DNA from: Octopus bimaculoides
Lineage: Eukaryota
Length of the DNA: 64,000 bases
NCBI RefSeq assembly: GCF_001194135.2
Contig: NC_068981.1
Coordinates: 142,056,733 to 142,120,732, forward strand
Direction of reading: 5' to 3'
The notes beneath the pieces were generated by a model. It saw only the letters and a list, made by a program, of their open reading frames with translations. It was not told the origin of the DNA and ran no database searches. Position numbers and translations under genes: made by a program. Below are positions 24,663 to 39,649 of this stretch, piece after piece. Position 1 is the stretch's first letter, and every line of letters begins with the position of its first letter.

Positions 24663-25078
24663 ACATTGGTAAGAATGTTCTTGGAAAACCAAGCCACTTT
24701 CATTTTCGTAACCAATCAGTGTTGCCGACTATCAGCAGTAGCCAATGTGTCTATTGTGACAGCAACCTTGGAAAATGGGTGCCACATGAATTGACTAAAG
24801 CGAAGAAACAAGCACATGCAACCCACTGCATGTGAAAGTCTGCTCTGGTGAAGCCGAAGATTCGATTGGTTGGAGTCAGTAATCACTATGGATGAAAAGT
24901 GGGTACTGTACTCCAACGTGAGGCGCAGACGATCCTGGTGTAGCAAAGGTCAACAGCTAAAACCTTCACCAAAAGGACCGCTTGTGCAAAAAAAAAAGTT
25001 ATGATCTCAGTTTGGTGGGATTGCCGTGGTGTGTGATCATGTTCGATCTTCTCCAACGCGATGCCACCGTTGACAAAT
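24590..25078 (+). mobile_element. Decayed mariner (DD34D-type) transposase fragment
   Basis: Diagnostic motifs LGKWVPHELT (24767-24796), VITMDEKWVLYSN (first catalytic D, compare ITGDEKW) and KKVMISVWWD, with stops and frameshifts. Interrupted by (TA)n at ~24630 and cut by (TA)n plus a gap at ~25079. Confidence 0.92.
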
Positions 25079-25734
25079 ATATATATATATATATATATAN
25101 NNNNNNNNNNNNNNNNNNNNNNNNNNNNNNNNNNNNNNNNNNNNNNNNNNNNNNNNNNNNNNNNNNNNNNNNNNNNNNNNNNNNNNNNNNNNNNNNNNNN
25201 NNNNNNNNNNNNNNNNNNNNNNNNNNNNNNNNNNNNNNNNNNNNNNNNNNNNNNNNNNNNNNNNNNNNNNNNNNNNNNNNNNNNNNNNNNNNNNNNNNNN
25301 NNNNNNNNNNNNNNNNNNNNNNNNNNNNNNNNNNNNNNNNNNNNNNNNNNNNNNNNNNNNNNNNNNNNNNNNNNNNNNNNNNNNNNNNNNNNNNNNNNNN
25401 NNNNNNNNNNNNNNNNNNNNNNNNNNNNNNNNNNNNNNNNNNNNNNNNNNNNNNNNNNNNNNNNNNNNNNNNNNNNNNNNNNNNNNNNNNNNNNNNNNNN
25501 NNNNNNNNNNNNNNNNNNNATATATATATATATATAATATGTCATTTGTGTGTTGTTAAGAAGGCTAACATTGAGTTCATGCTGAGAATTGGTGGCATGA
25601 AACCGATGGTGGCCTTGAGATGATAATGGTGCATTTGCATCTTCCCCCATAAGAGAATTTTCTCTCCACTGTAATCTACAGTGAATGTGAGTTTGTGTGT
25701 GTGAGCGTGAGCGTATACACACACACATATAGAT

Positions 25735-25910
25735 ATAAATACGGCGGACTTCCTCACAGTTTCCTTTCAATGAAATTTACCCATCATGGCATTGGTCGGT
25801 CCCGGGATATATTAGAAGACACTTGCCCTGTGTACTACGCAGTAAAACTCACCACGAAGCCACGTAGCTGCAAAACGAACCACATAACCACATAGCAATG
25901 ACTGCACCTA
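25735..25910 (-). mobile_element. Diverged SINE family B (CORE-like) 5' half
   Basis: The reverse complement gives ggtgcagtcattgctatgtggttatgtggttcg...gggcaagtgtcttctaatatatcccgggaccgaccaatgcc...ggaaactgtgaggaagtccgccgtat, homologous to 6159-6330. Confidence 0.8.
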
Positions 25911-26450
25911 TATATGTGCGCGCACATACACCTCGCAAAACGCGTACAATCGGGCACACACACACACACACACTTTTATACATACATACGTGTACCTTAT
26001 AAACATATGTAGTCACACACGTATATATGTGTATGTGTGTGTGTATATTGTGAGTGAGAGAGAAAGAGAAATTCAGAGAGAGACGTATGTATGTATTTAT
26101 ACATGCATAGAAATAAATATGTGTTTAGGTTATATATATATGAATACACACACACACATATGTATAAGTAGATGTATATATAGATGTAAGTTTGCAACTT
26201 TGTGAAATGTTCAGGTCTTATTTTCGGAATGTCTCATGTATTATGTATGTATTAGTCTGATGAACAGGCGGAGAAACGTGTCTTGTAACAGACGTTTGAT
26301 ATTCGTGTCCTTTGTCTGTCATAACACGCCTTACACTGTTCTCAATTCTGATATATATAATACAGTTGCAGGGCATTTTGTTTCCTTTACAACTCTTTCA
26401 TTTACAAGTCTGCTTTTGTTTCTGTTTCCGGCAATCTTTCCTGTTTGTTG

Positions 26451-26491
<41 letters not shown>

Positions 26492-28217
26492 ATCAAATGC
26501 ATACATATGTATACTCGTATGTACATATTTCTACACACTAATACACATATTATGTATATATATATATATANNNNNNNNNNNNNNNNNNNNNNNNNNNNNN
26601 NNNNNNNNNNNNNNNNNNNNNNNNNNNNNNNNNNNNNNNNNNNNNNNNNNNNNNNNNNNNNNNNNNNNNNNNNNNNNNNNNNNNNNNNNNNNNNNNNNNN
26701 NNNNNNNNNNNNNNNNNNNNNNNNNNNNNNNNNNNNNNNNNNNNNNNNNNNNNNNNNNNNNNNNNNNNNNNNNNNNNNNNNNNNNNNNNNNNNNNNNNNN
26801 NNNNNNNNNNNNNNNNNNNNNNNNNNNNNNNNNNNNNNNNNNNNNNNNNNNNNNNNNNNNNNNNNNNNNNNNNNNNNNNNNNNNNNNNNNNNNNNNNNNN
26901 NNNNNNNNNNNNNNNNNNNNNNNNNNNNNNNNNNNNNNNNNNNNNNNNNNNNNNNNNNNNNNNNNNNNNNNNNNNNNNNNNNNNNNNNNNNNNNNNNNNN
27001 NNNNNNNNNNNNATATATATATATATGCACATATGCACATCTGAATTATTGTTCAATTTTAGTATTAGACAATAAGAATGACTATAATACATAGTTATGT
27101 ATAGGAAACATAAGACATAACTACCACTCTCTATATCCATGTCTATGTCTCCCCATGTATCAGTCTCTTTCTTCCTTTGTCTCTCTCTTTCCCTTGACAC
27201 ACACATACACACACACACGCGTACACACACACTGTAATAAAACTTCAACAACCGCACTGTTCGAATCTCGGTAAATATCTAATTTGTTCTAGTAAATATT
27301 ATTTTGCTCCACATCTTATATATTCTAAGTCCCTTTTAGAAATGGAGATATTAATGTTGTACATGCATTAAATAAGGCACACACACACACGCACACACAC
27401 ACAATCACTCACACTCACACACACATGGAAGCATGTATGTATGCCTTTGTCCCTCTATCTGCTCATGCACCTATATGTATTAATTTTACTATTTGTATTA
27501 TCATTACATTTCTCTTCTGTAATGCAGAATATGTATTTATTATATCTTAAACAAATTACGTAGAACTGTACAACAGACTATTCAGTGACTGTAATCATAA
27601 TTTATTCTCAATTTACACGCACTATAGAGAATATTAACATTATTCGAATGCTTTTATAAGTTTCGGCACAGAATATTATTTCAATTCCCTAGTTATTTTA
27701 AGGTACAATAATGCCGCGTAGGCATTCATTGCTAGGACTAGACACTGCATGACGACACCGCGGTTATCACGTAATTCTGTTTATCAGAATACTACGGAAT
27801 CCTATGTTATCGATGCTCTAATTATAAGCTTAGTTAACTGAGTTATACTTCAATATATTTGTTACCAAATGAGACCTTCGAGTATAATGAACGGGTTTCA
27901 AAATCGCGCACCATTGAAATGAGGAGCGAAGACATGATCGCAGCTCAACCATTCATTTAATAATGCAGCTGTTGAGTGATTTTTCCGTCCTAATTATTTC
28001 CCATCAGATTTGGCTAATATTACAATAATGATAATAATTAAATATACATATCTATGAAAAATGCTCTAGTAAAAATTAAGTTCTATATGCCTTGTAAGAG
28101 TCACAATGCTGGACTAAAGAACTCCCAAAAGTATTTCCTCTAGCCCAGTCTTCATAATAATAATGATGATGATGACGATGATAATAATAATAATAATAAT
28201 AATAGTTATGAATATCA

Positions 28218-28400
28218 CATTGCCTTTGCACAGATTTTAACACTGGAGATATACTACGGTGTCAGTTCACTACCTGTGAACTAAGGTAACGCCTCTTATC
28301 TTTCGAGCACCTTCAGGAGTATTCGAGCAATTTCCTTTTTCAAGGAACCTGTTAGGTCATGATATTTCTCTAGTGTCTCAAGTTACACAAGAATCAGAGC
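28218..28400 (-). mobile_element. 3' fragment of an R4/NeSL-like (RLE-type) LINE, internally deleted
   Basis: Minus frame LEKYHDL...KEIARILLKVLER* (stop at 28296-28298) resembles the EKY.DL...GTARILRKVL C-terminus of RLE LINEs; a short 3' UTR ends ctgtgcaaaggcaat. Confidence 0.55.
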
Positions 28401-28839
28401 CAGAACCTTTCGGAATCACTTTATTTTTCACAGCTTGCTAGGGTCATTAAAAGCAAAAAAAATCGAAAGCGCATTTCGTGAAAACAAGAAATCTAACAAG
28501 CTCGAGTAAATAGCTTTAACTGAAAACTTTCAGTTTACTGTGACAGGTTGGTACGCATCGGAATTAAGATTACGGTGTTAGGTCTGGCCAGATGGATTTT
28601 AAGCAGATTTCATCTTGGCCGGGAGGTGCTCGCTCTAATTTATGCACAAACTGTTTTCCCTTCTGTTCGATCAAGCAACTTTTGCGGTACATTGAGTATC
28701 ACTTTTCAGTTTCTTTTTTTACAGGATTTTATGTTACTAGTAACAGTCATAAGCGATCTGATATACATACACATACACACATATATATGCAAACATATAA
28801 CTGTAGAGAATGAACACATGTTTATACATATCAATTCAC

Positions 28840-28881
<42 letters not shown>

Positions 28882-29974
28882 CCACACACGCAGATGTATG
28901 TATGTTTAGCTATGTATTTCATTTAAAAAGTGTCCAGAAAACAATGAAGTTTATAAACAAATGATTGTATTCAGCGGGGACCGATAAAATACTAACAGCC
29001 TAACCGAATCACATTAGATAATTCGATAGAATGTACAATTCAATTGCCAAAATTGAATGAAAGTTACCTAAATGATAGTAAATTCAAAATCATTAATGGA
29101 TGCAGATTTGAATGTAGTTTAGAATCTTCTTTCAAATCTGAAAATAAATAAATAAATTTGTTTTAAGAGATAAGAGTGTATGTAAAGTTTTATAGCATCA
29201 AGCGATGAAGGTACTGTTTTGAAATTGTTCCGATAAAACACGTATATTATGAATTATATTTGTGTTAGATTAGCGATAGAATGTATAGAAAAAATATGAT
29301 TAACTTCTTTATATGTGTGTGTCATAACTGGTTATGAAGTGAGACAAGACAACCCTTGAAGCACCATGGAAGTTTGACGAACCATGCCTTCGATCGAGGT
29401 AGAATTAATAGAGATACGCAATGATGTTAAGGTACAGAACAATATCGTTCCTTGTAGAAGTGCCGAGCCGCAACAATGCCATTAGTATAACTTTCAAATC
29501 CTCAAACTCAATCCCTAGTGGCACTAGCTTCAAAATTATATTCGTCCGCGCGCATGCACACGTAGGCATACACGTGCATGTAACTATATACACGCATATA
29601 TGATATGCTATATGCTTGTATGTATACGTGGTTTGTATATGCACATGCGTAAGCACATATATACACAAACACACATATATACACAAACACACATATATAC
29701 ACACATTTGAAGAAGTGCCAATAAAAACGACATTAATACTTCGCTTTCTATCAAAGCTAGGAAACCCTTATTTTGTTAGAGGGATCTATGAATTTGCATA
29801 ATCTGCAGACCATCTGTCTCTATTGTCAAATCAAATCTCGTGGAAGTTCATTTTACATTTTAAACTTCCAAGTTAATTCAAATTACCACCATTCATGTAC
29901 TGGGGTGAATCCAGTTGATAGATTTCCTGCCACAAAATATTTAGCTTGTTGCAATGCAAGAAATCATAATTATT

Positions 29975-30200
29975 GTGTGGTTTAGCCCCAGGTCAGCTCT
30001 TATGAATATTACCTCCGATCAAAGACAATTCAGCCGTTACCATACCGTCTTTTAAATTGATTGTGGCTTTATGTTATTTAATAAGACTTGTTTTTCCTTT
30101 AGATAGAAGGTATTGATTTGATGAAGATTTAGTTGTTTTTTCTAGCAAGATGAGTGGCCACATAAAGGCTCTTCTTGGCACGTTGTTATAATTATAATTA
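29975..30200. mobile_element. Old interspersed repeat, family E
   Basis: tttagccccaggtcagc...gatcaaagacaattcagccgttaccataccgtc...gatttgatgaagatttagttgttttttctagc. Related decayed pieces at ~30690, ~31385, ~31640-31980, ~37890-37960 and ~39960-40130, and in reverse at ~60100-60260. Confidence 0.65.
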
Positions 30201-33200
30201 TTCAAATCCATATGCGTCTTGGAAAATTTCAATTTCGATTATTATTCATTGTTTTCTTTTTTAAAATTTCTTATTCATTTTGTTTTCTATTTCTTTGTCA
30301 TTTAATTTTACTCAAAACTAAAAGTGAAAACCTAAGGTAAAAATAAAGTAATTTAATTGCAATTTTTAAAGGAAAGAAAATTGAAAGAAAATTTAATTTT
30401 ACTTTCAAACGAAATTCAATTTTAATTAAATTTTTCCTTGAACGTTGAACATTGCAATTCTTCCTCATTACATGTGTAAATAAAGTAATTAGTTTTTGTA
30501 CTAATAAACTAATGTGTTGCTATACTAGGCATAAGTTAGGCGAGAGTAAGATTCTCCTTGGCTTGAGATGTGTTTGTTATGCTGGGCAACTGTTAAGTCG
30601 TGTGAGATAGCGGAATCTGCAATGATTTTGAAATTGCATATTGTTGAACGTGATAATTTACTGTTTCATGTAGCAAGATATTGTTGTTTAGCTCCAGACT
30701 CATCCTAATTAGGAAGACATACAACAAAAATTGTGCAACCTTTAACATTTTTTTTCTTCTTTTTAGTCTTAATTCTTAAGACAGTGTTTTAATTGTAGAA
30801 GAATATTAGGAATTTATTGACAGAAAAATTGACAAATTAATGTACTAAACAAAATTAGAATTCGGTGGATCAATGTAAAATAACTCGATAAATAAAATAT
30901 TAAAATAATTTTAGGCATATCGTAAGGGCAGATAGTCGATAAGAAAATGTTGACCATATGGAAAGATGATAGAAAAATACTAATGGGTTGATCTTGAAAA
31001 ATAGATTGAAAGCATAACGAAGATATGGATATGCAGTAATCTGTAAGAGCAAGAGGAGACAGAAATGATTGGAGAAAGTTATCAGGCAAACTACCGATGC
31101 TCAAAAAGTATTCAGTTAACGAGAGCATAATTTAGGGAAATTTGGCTGTTTTTTTATAGCAGTTCAAGTGACCCGGTAAAGTTTACCTCGTTTATAGTGG
31201 AAAGTCTTCTACTGTGGTAAATGAGGACAAGCCGGATGCATATATGGTAATCTAGTAGGGAACTTTAAATAATCAGTTTACTTCTGCTGTAAGATGTTTT
31301 AGGACATGATGTTGAACACTGCGTGTTGGCTTACAGTGTACCTACAGTAAGTGCACTAAGCAGTGGTGAATTGCTATGAAGTATTTACCCTAGGTCAGTG
31401 TCGGGTCAAGCAGATATGTGATCAAACACGTTCTTAGCCTGGTTTTATTCATATTGTTGTATATATTCAAATTATCGTTGTCTGAAAACACCTTTTCCAA
31501 GATTCACTGTATGTTTTGAGGCTGATTTGTATAAAATGCACTCTCATAGGTTGAACGACAGCGTAGACACCCCCACTTGAGATCGTAGTGACTTTTTTTT
31601 GTTTGCTGTTTTTGCATAGCTCTCTGTTAATCTGTTCCCGAATATCTAAGATAAACAATTCCAGTCGTAACCATCCCGTCTTTATCCATGCCGGGTCATT
31701 TGCTCTTGTTGCTTTGACAAATGTCAAAACCGAGAGAGATGACCTATGGTCATAGATATTCCGGCATTTATTTTCCAGGCATTTCTGAGGAATGCTCTAT
31801 GTCCGACTACATAATCCGAGGGAAATATACGTTTCTTCATTAAAATACAGTAAGACATTTTATATATCAAGAATAATTTGTCCAATCTATCCTTCTATAT
31901 TTTAAAGGTTAGGGCGCGATTTGAGAAAAAAAAAATTGACTAATATTTCTAACGGGCTGAGAGGTCACCTATAGGTAAATGACTGGTTATGAATACATGA
32001 GTTATCTGTCGGATGGTGCATGTAAAGCAATGCAGTTTTCGATGACACTGATCAGTTGCAATAAAATTTGCTAAATATCAGCATTAAATGTTATATCAGG
32101 GTTCATAAAGAAAATTTTGCTGTTTAAGCAAAGGTCATCCTTAATAAATGAGACTTATGCTCAAGAGATATTTATCCATGAGCAACCCATTTTTTCATAT
32201 AATCCAATGTGTGCATTCTTGTGGCTTGAGCGAAATGTGGTTGTTAGTTATTAAGTCAAGGTCAGACACTCGCGTAAAATATGATGTTTAAAAGAATGTA
32301 TGGTTATGTACAAAATATACTTGTGGTTCTTAGTCTTCTATTTACATTCCTGTAATATATGTGAGACAGGATTTTGTAACGTTAATGAAATAGTGCTTGT
32401 GTATGCATTTTAAGTGCAATAGTGGTTAGTGTATGTGCGTGCTAATAAAAGCGCGTCCATGTCTAAAGATGAACACGTGCATGCCAGACTCATTGTGTGT
32501 CTTTTAAAGGGAGTAAATTTTAATCAATAATTCACTGTGAATAGTAGTAGTCTCATCAAATGATCTCGTTTTGTTTATTTATCAAAAAGCTTTTTTTATC
32601 ATTTCTTCTTTCCTTACCTCTTCCTTCTGTCTAACATATAACTCCTTCACTCCCACGCTTTCCTCCTCTTTTCAACAATCTATTTGTTTTTCTCTGTATT
32701 TGTATCTCGGTGTCGCTGTCTTTTTTTTCTCTCTCTCTTTCTCACTCTGATTGTATTCTTTATGTTTCCCAGTCTGTATTCTTCACTCAATCGCTGATTC
32801 TCTCGCTCTTTATCAACATTAATTTTATTTATTAAATCATAAGAGATGCAAGTGAACGGTCAAGCCTTTGTGAAGTGGGAAAATGCATTTCGGCAATTTT
32901 CTGATTTCAAATTCACCCGAGGCCAGCTTTGCTATTCGTGATTCAAAGGCTCGTAAAATAAAATACCAGTGAAATATTGGTGTCGTGTTAATCACCTGTT
33001 TCCTCCCCAATTATGTTTTCATCTTGTAGTAATGTAAAATATTATATTTATCAATCAGAAGTTGCGGGATATTTTCACTGCTAGTTGTAGGTAAGAGCGA
33101 TATGGTCGTGGTTCACTTGAAATTACTGGAGGTTGATGCATATAAAAAGCGAATGAATTAGAAGTCATTACGATGAGGTAGAAAAAAGTTGTGGCTTAAG

Positions 33201-35789
33201 AGGGAAAAGTTAGGGTTTAGGACGGAAAAATTTCCTGGGATGGGGAAGATATAGAAAGAACACGAAGACATGGGTAGATGAGGCTGGGCGCTTGCTCGGT
33301 CAAAGACATAGAAGCCCTTAAACACCAGGTCTTTAGGTCATGGTTGTAATGTAGAAATAGGTATTGCGAATTAAGTTTTATATTTTTAAGTGAGTATTTT
33401 ATCTTTTAATCAAAAGAGTTAGTAGTGTTCAGGACAATTCAGAGAGTTCCGAGAGAGTAGCCTGAAGGAAGAAGGAATCGTGAATCCAGAGTTAGTGTTA
33501 TGCGAGTATTGAGGTGTTATGATGAAATCAAGGTGTGGTTTTTAACGTTATCGAAAATGATTCTGTTGACGACTGACTTCTGAGTTGCTGAGTAAGTATT
33601 TTAGTGGGCATTATGTCAATATTGAACGAGTATTAGGAAGAAAAACACGTATATGAGTTGGGACTGTACTACTGTCTAAATATTTGCATATACGATTGAA
33701 TTTTATGCTGTTAAGTCCATTTAACAAGCAAGTTCATGTATTGGTCATTATGTTTTGCTTAGGTCAGCGAATTTCTGTCTTGGTGAATAAGACTTTGTAT
33801 AGATGAGAATTAAACATTTCTGTTCATTTCTAAGTCGTGCTGGTGAGTGGGCCTTCCTGTTCGTTATGGAAACCTGTGTCAGTAAATCTACGTGTTGTTG
33901 AATAAATCCGAGAATTCTTGTAAGGCCTTACCCTGTGTCGATATAGTTTTCTTTGACAGTTTATATACGACACTACAAAATGATAAACTGCGAATATCTA
34001 TATATTTCAATGTTCGTCTCTCACTGTGCTAGATTCGTTTAGCTTTTCTGCTCTAATATTGTTTCCATTTATATTTCTTTCTCGATCTGCTAATGGATTT
34101 TCGATATCTGCTTTCATGGGTGCTCTTATATTCCCTGCATGGCGAAGTGTACTGCTGGTGTACAAACAAAAAATTGAAACACAGTTACACATGCACACTT
34201 TTATGTACATTGATACACACAGTCACACGTACACACACTATTTGCATAAATAATCGCATGCAAATAGTGACATACTTAGCCTCGCAATCACACTGAAATA
34301 TACATTTTTGATTGAATATATCTATTTATGCGTTTTCGTATGCATGTATGTGTACACACAATGTACATGTGTGCGTATTTATATATATATATATCAATAT
34401 CTAAAACATATCGTTTTGCTATATATATGTGTGTGTGTGTGGCTTATGCTGCCAGCTTTTTCTATGTATTCTACATTAGCAACTGTTATATATTCCAATA
34501 TCTGACATATATCGTGTCTGTATTTACATATGTTTATGATACACATCTATTTTACGTTTTGTGTTTATCGTGTCAGTGATGCTTCGTTTACTGTGTTGCT
34601 TTTAATTCTCTTAGCTTCTGCTATGTTGCAGAAAGCCGGGTCACTTAATATAAAAATAAATTAACGTACATGGATGGAGAAACACGAGGACTAACAGTTT
34701 TGGAAAAAATCATAATTTCAAAGACGGTCTCACGACTTTCCAGAGCATACGAACATTGCTTACTTTACTGAATTTTTGTTTAGTACTTCTTTTTCATTGA
34801 AGCAGTCTATCAGTAGATTCCTTGCATGCAATCTCTTTATTTATTTATCTGTTTATTTATTTGTTATTTAATATCCATATAACTTTCTGAAAGAAACATA
34901 ATATCCTAGACCCCGCAAGGAAACCTATCTAAATTTATTTTTGTTTGTTACATAATTTGGACATCCTAGCTTCATAGCTTCAGTACGTTCTGTGATACGA
35001 GGAGCGAACTCGGGAGAAGTAATAAATCCAACAAATAAATGATATAATAACGGTGGCATCTACGTTTTTTTTTTAATGGTGGATATGTCTGATGATAGGA
35101 ATGACGTTAACATAACACAAGTGTGTTCAGTTAATCTCCATAGGATATACACGACATCCTTAGAAATATTGACATGCAACAGAATATCATTTTATATATT
35201 TTTTTTTATATTATATTGCAATTGTATGGTATTGTATTGTAGTATATGTTCGGATTTCAATGTAACAACATCGGGCCCCATTTTTTTCTTCATTTTAGTA
35301 TAATAGGTGTTGAAAAGTAACTTTGTCTAAAGTGTATTCGAAGTAAATAAATAAATAGCAAATAATATAATTTAGAAATATAATATATAAAAAATAAATT
35401 GCTATAAAATGAAATCATAACGTCAATGGAAATTTAAAGCTTGAAAGTAAAAAAAAAAATGGAAAAAATATGACTATATAAATAATTGTGAATACGGGAG
35501 AGTAAATAAATAAAGAAAAAAATGAAATGAAATAAACTAACTCAAATAATGCTTCGCTTTCTCCTCTGTCCTCGTTAAGCAAACATGGCATTTTTTATGT
35601 TTTTAATTTCTTATTTAGTTTTTTTCTCTTTTTTTTTTTAGAAACTGTGATATTCTGTTGGCATAAGGAAGTCACTTCTGATCAATAATGTTTTATTCTA
35701 GTATGGTTTACTGTTGGCTGCAGACATATTCCCAACTCATTGGGTAAACACAGATGTATCAATAGCGAGGAAAAATATTAATGGTTCAC

Positions 35790-35833
<44 letters not shown>

Positions 35834-36050
35834 CGGTGACAACACCGACAGCGACGACCACAACGATGATGTTGATGATCACAACGATAATGTTGATGAT
35901 GGTGATGATTATGATGATAATGGTGATGATAATAGTAATTATGATGATAACGGTGATGATAAATAATGATAATAAGTAATAAAACCCAGAAGTAACAATC
36001 AGACTCTAAAGCAATAATGATAAAGTTGATGATGATGATGATAACAACAA

Positions 36051-36099
<49 letters not shown>

Positions 36100-36145
36100 T
36101 AAGTAATGGGAATGGTGATGATACTGATGACGATTATGATAATGA
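35790..36145. repeat. Degenerate (ATC)/(GAT)/(AAT) trinucleotide low-complexity tract
   Basis: Read directly; explains the poly-H, poly-D and poly-L ORFs. Confidence 0.93.
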
Positions 36146-36624
36146 AAATATGAAATGTGGGAAGAAAAATAAATGAAAACCAATCACTAGTTTTATATTA
36201 CTGTTGTTGAAATATCTTCCCTACCGAGAGAAGCCTACGCACGTATGAGCGAACATACATACATACATCCCAGCATACACACACACACAAACACACACGC
36301 ACGCATAGATAGATACTATTAGCACCACCAACACGAACACCAACATTTATAGTAGCAGAAACGAGAAAGAAACAATCGAACACCATTATTAGATAGATAT
36401 TGGGAGTTGAGGAATATAGAAGCCATTAAACTATATTTCCTAACTTTCGTTCATCATCGAACTTCTAATGGAGATCGATGGAGATTGGGTTTTCGTTTAT
36501 TTGTTTGTTTTGTTAATATTCTTTTATTTGTAGTGTCTCTTTATGTTCTGATCTTTAATGCCATCGAAACTAACACGTTTTTCACCCTTCAAAGTATTGA
36601 TAAATCTATGTACTACTCAAATAA

Positions 36625-36920
36625 TGAGTAAATTCTGAGATCCAATCCCACCAAGGTCACCTTTGATTTTTATCCTTCCAGGCTGACAAAAAAAATGAGA
36701 AAGAAAGTGAAAAAAACAAAAAAACTAATAAGGCCAAATTTCTCGACCGAAATGACAAAATCGTTCGAGCTGCAGATAAATTGCCTTGCGGTATTCGTTG
36801 TGCCTCTCAGGAACCTTTTCATCTCATGTCCCACTTAGGTCAGGTTTGCCTTTCATCTACTCGGTTATCGATTAGCAAAATACAGCTCAGTACTAGGTTT
36901 CATTCTTACCCCCCCCCATC
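36625..36920 (+). mobile_element. Two highly decayed SINE family A remnants
   Basis: ttctgagatccaatcccaccaaggtcacctttgatttttatccttcc (36625-36690) and ttgccttgcggtattcg...ggtcaggtttgcctttcatc (36780-36860) align to the family A body. Confidence 0.6.
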
Positions 36921-39649
36921 TCTTTCTCTTTCTCTCTCTTTCTCTCTCTCTCTCTCCCTTTCTCCCCACTCTCTGTCTATGTGTGTGTGTGTTTGTATGT
37001 CCGCACGCTCTGAAACGCATACAATTAATATACATTGATAGAAGAAATTGGTTGTGGGAAGATCTGGAGCGCTATGGACTCTGTTAGGTTCCAAATAATG
37101 TCCAAGACACAACGTATGTCACCACGATGCTTCTGTACCTTTGTAACTGTCGGCACAAGTTTACGGTAGAAAAATATTTGCTGAATGTGCCGCACATGTG
37201 TGATCGAACCTAGATCCACGTGAGTGTGAATCGAACTTCTAAAGCATGTCTTCGTTCATTACTCCATCCACACAGTAACATACACAACATTCTTGTTACT
37301 CTTCTCTCTGCTATGGCATCATACTGACAATAGCGGAAAAAGCACTAAAACTGAAAATAAATAAAATAGTAGAAAACAGGAAAAACGTAACGAATACGAG
37401 GAGCATGATTTCTCAAGTAATTGTTTATACTTACGACCTTGTATCAACAAATGGACGGTCGTGTCCTACCATCGTATGTGACACATTAATCAATCTGATT
37501 TATGACACACTTTTGACTGTGATCTCTCTCCCTCTTTTCCCTCTCTTTGCAAACATACGAATATGCATACATACACACACACCTACCGATCTCACTATAT
37601 CTATCTGTTTCATATATGACCTTTTGTCAACACAGACGTCCAATACCCGCTTTTTTTTAACTCCAAGAAAATCTTACATCACCCTACTTTTCTATGTTTC
37701 ACCATGGAACGCAATGTTCTGACATTTTACTATTCATTCACTTTGTATATTTATGATGTAGTTGTTGTTGCCGTTGTTGCAGCTTTTTCCTGATTTAAAA
37801 TGTTAATGAGTTTCATCTTGTTAGTGTTTGCGGTGATGCAAGTGCATCAATATTATCAGAATTACTGACGTTGATATTGTTTTATTCAAATGGACTCTAG
37901 AACAACAGTTCTATGATAAATTCAAAAACAATCCAGCTATGACCATCCCGTATTTTACTGATAGTGTATTTCGATTTCATCATTCAATATTTCCTTCTTT
38001 AACTTAGAAGTTAGTATAATTTTCGCAAGATGTGATTTACTATTATTCACACTAGCTACTGCATCGACGGTCCTTCATTGCTTCGCTGTGAAAATATTAA
38101 ATCATCACAAATGACTCTTAAAAGCCTAGCAGAATAAATGCCACGACTTCACGTTGGTTTCACAGCAAAGATATTAGTTTCATGCTACCATTAAAAAAAT
38201 ATATCAGTAAAGATCTCAATGAGCAGCAGAAAGGACTGCTGTGTTTATTCTGAGAAGAGGCAGATCAAGATTAATGTTTAAGAAACGTTATCGTATTTCC
38301 TCTTAAATAATTTTTTCGATGATTCATCATCAACACGTAGAAAAAATTGGCTTAAGTGTAAGTGGAGTATTTTGCTTTTGTAAAGCATTTGTATTTTTTC
38401 ATTTGCGAGTTATTATAAAAGAGCTGTTGATGAATGAGTTGTAGTCATACAAGATGTTCGAAATTATAAAAAAATAATTAGTCTTTTTCCGTGATGTGTT
38501 GCTAAAAAAGAACATTAAACTGAACCGCTATGATAACGATTATAAAAGCTGAAATAAATAACTAAAAGCTGAAAAAAGCAAAATTGGCAACGATATTCTC
38601 GTGATATCTTAATATTTGCTTTAGTATCTATTGCAGTGGTTATGTCATGAGGCATATAGCTGATCGAACTATCAATTTCTTATCAAATCTGCGATTTATG
38701 CTTCTTTTGAAATATTGAATGATTTCTCAAAATAGAAAGCAACGTTTTATTCGATTGAATTGACACCAGAATCTGACATGCATACACGAATTTTATTGAC
38801 AATTGGGGGCGAGGATGAAAGGTAGCTCGTGATCATAGTGACATTCTAGCTCAAAATATAAGAAATCAAAACTAAATCCGGCATGATATATCTAAAACTC
38901 ATCCGTTTCTGTGCTCTTCATCGCAACATTTGATGGCATAACTACTCATGGGATAGATTATAAGTGATCCTATTCAATGCTTTGGAGTTAAAATGTACAA
39001 GAATACAATAAAGCAAATTATACTCTATTTCGATTAAATACGCTTGAAAAATATGTACCTTGGTTCAGTTGTACTAATATAGTGTGTTTGTGAAAGACAT
39101 AAACGGCCGTATATCTTCCATCCCATCACTTAATGTTCAACAAAATGACAGTTTGTTAGAGTTTTCCACTGCTCCACTGTCCCTCAAAACAAATAGTATA
39201 ATACGAGATGGAATGAACGGATACTTTTCAGTTATCAAAAGCGCAGAATGCAAAGAAAAAGAAACGAAGTCCTTCTATTTGTAGAGGTATTGAGGAATAC
39301 AGCAATGTATTCCAATGCATAGTATTGTTACTAATCTCGAAAGTATTGAAACAAAGCTCAATACAGGGGAAATTGAAACAGAGAAGAAGAAGATGCAATT
39401 GTTAAGCATTTTCCACGGTGCTCTATAGTTTATAAATCAATCTTGTTTCCTGATTTTTATTGGAAAAAAATAAGGATGTGAAGTTACTCGACAGAACAAT
39501 TAGATAATATAGCTACTCCTTCCGAAAAAGTGGCCTGAAAACCTGAAAAATGTGTAGGGATATATACGTGACATAGGCATTTTAAAATCTAGGCAGAACC
39601 CATCTCCCTCTCCGAGTGTGAACACAGTTGATTTTTTTTTCTGGAAAAA

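Noticed and set aside
28626-28635. gtgctcgctc resembling the U6 snRNA 5' end
   Set aside because: Only 9 nt match and the rest of U6 is absent.
30810-31130. 104-aa minus ORF, and a purine-rich plus strand faintly like an RTE ORF2 end
   Set aside because: The ORF reflects T/C-rich composition; LINE similarity is too faint to support.
35737-36183. His/Asp/Leu-rich ORFs resembling metal-binding proteins
   Set aside because: Products of (ATC)/(GAT)/(AAT) microsatellite tracts.
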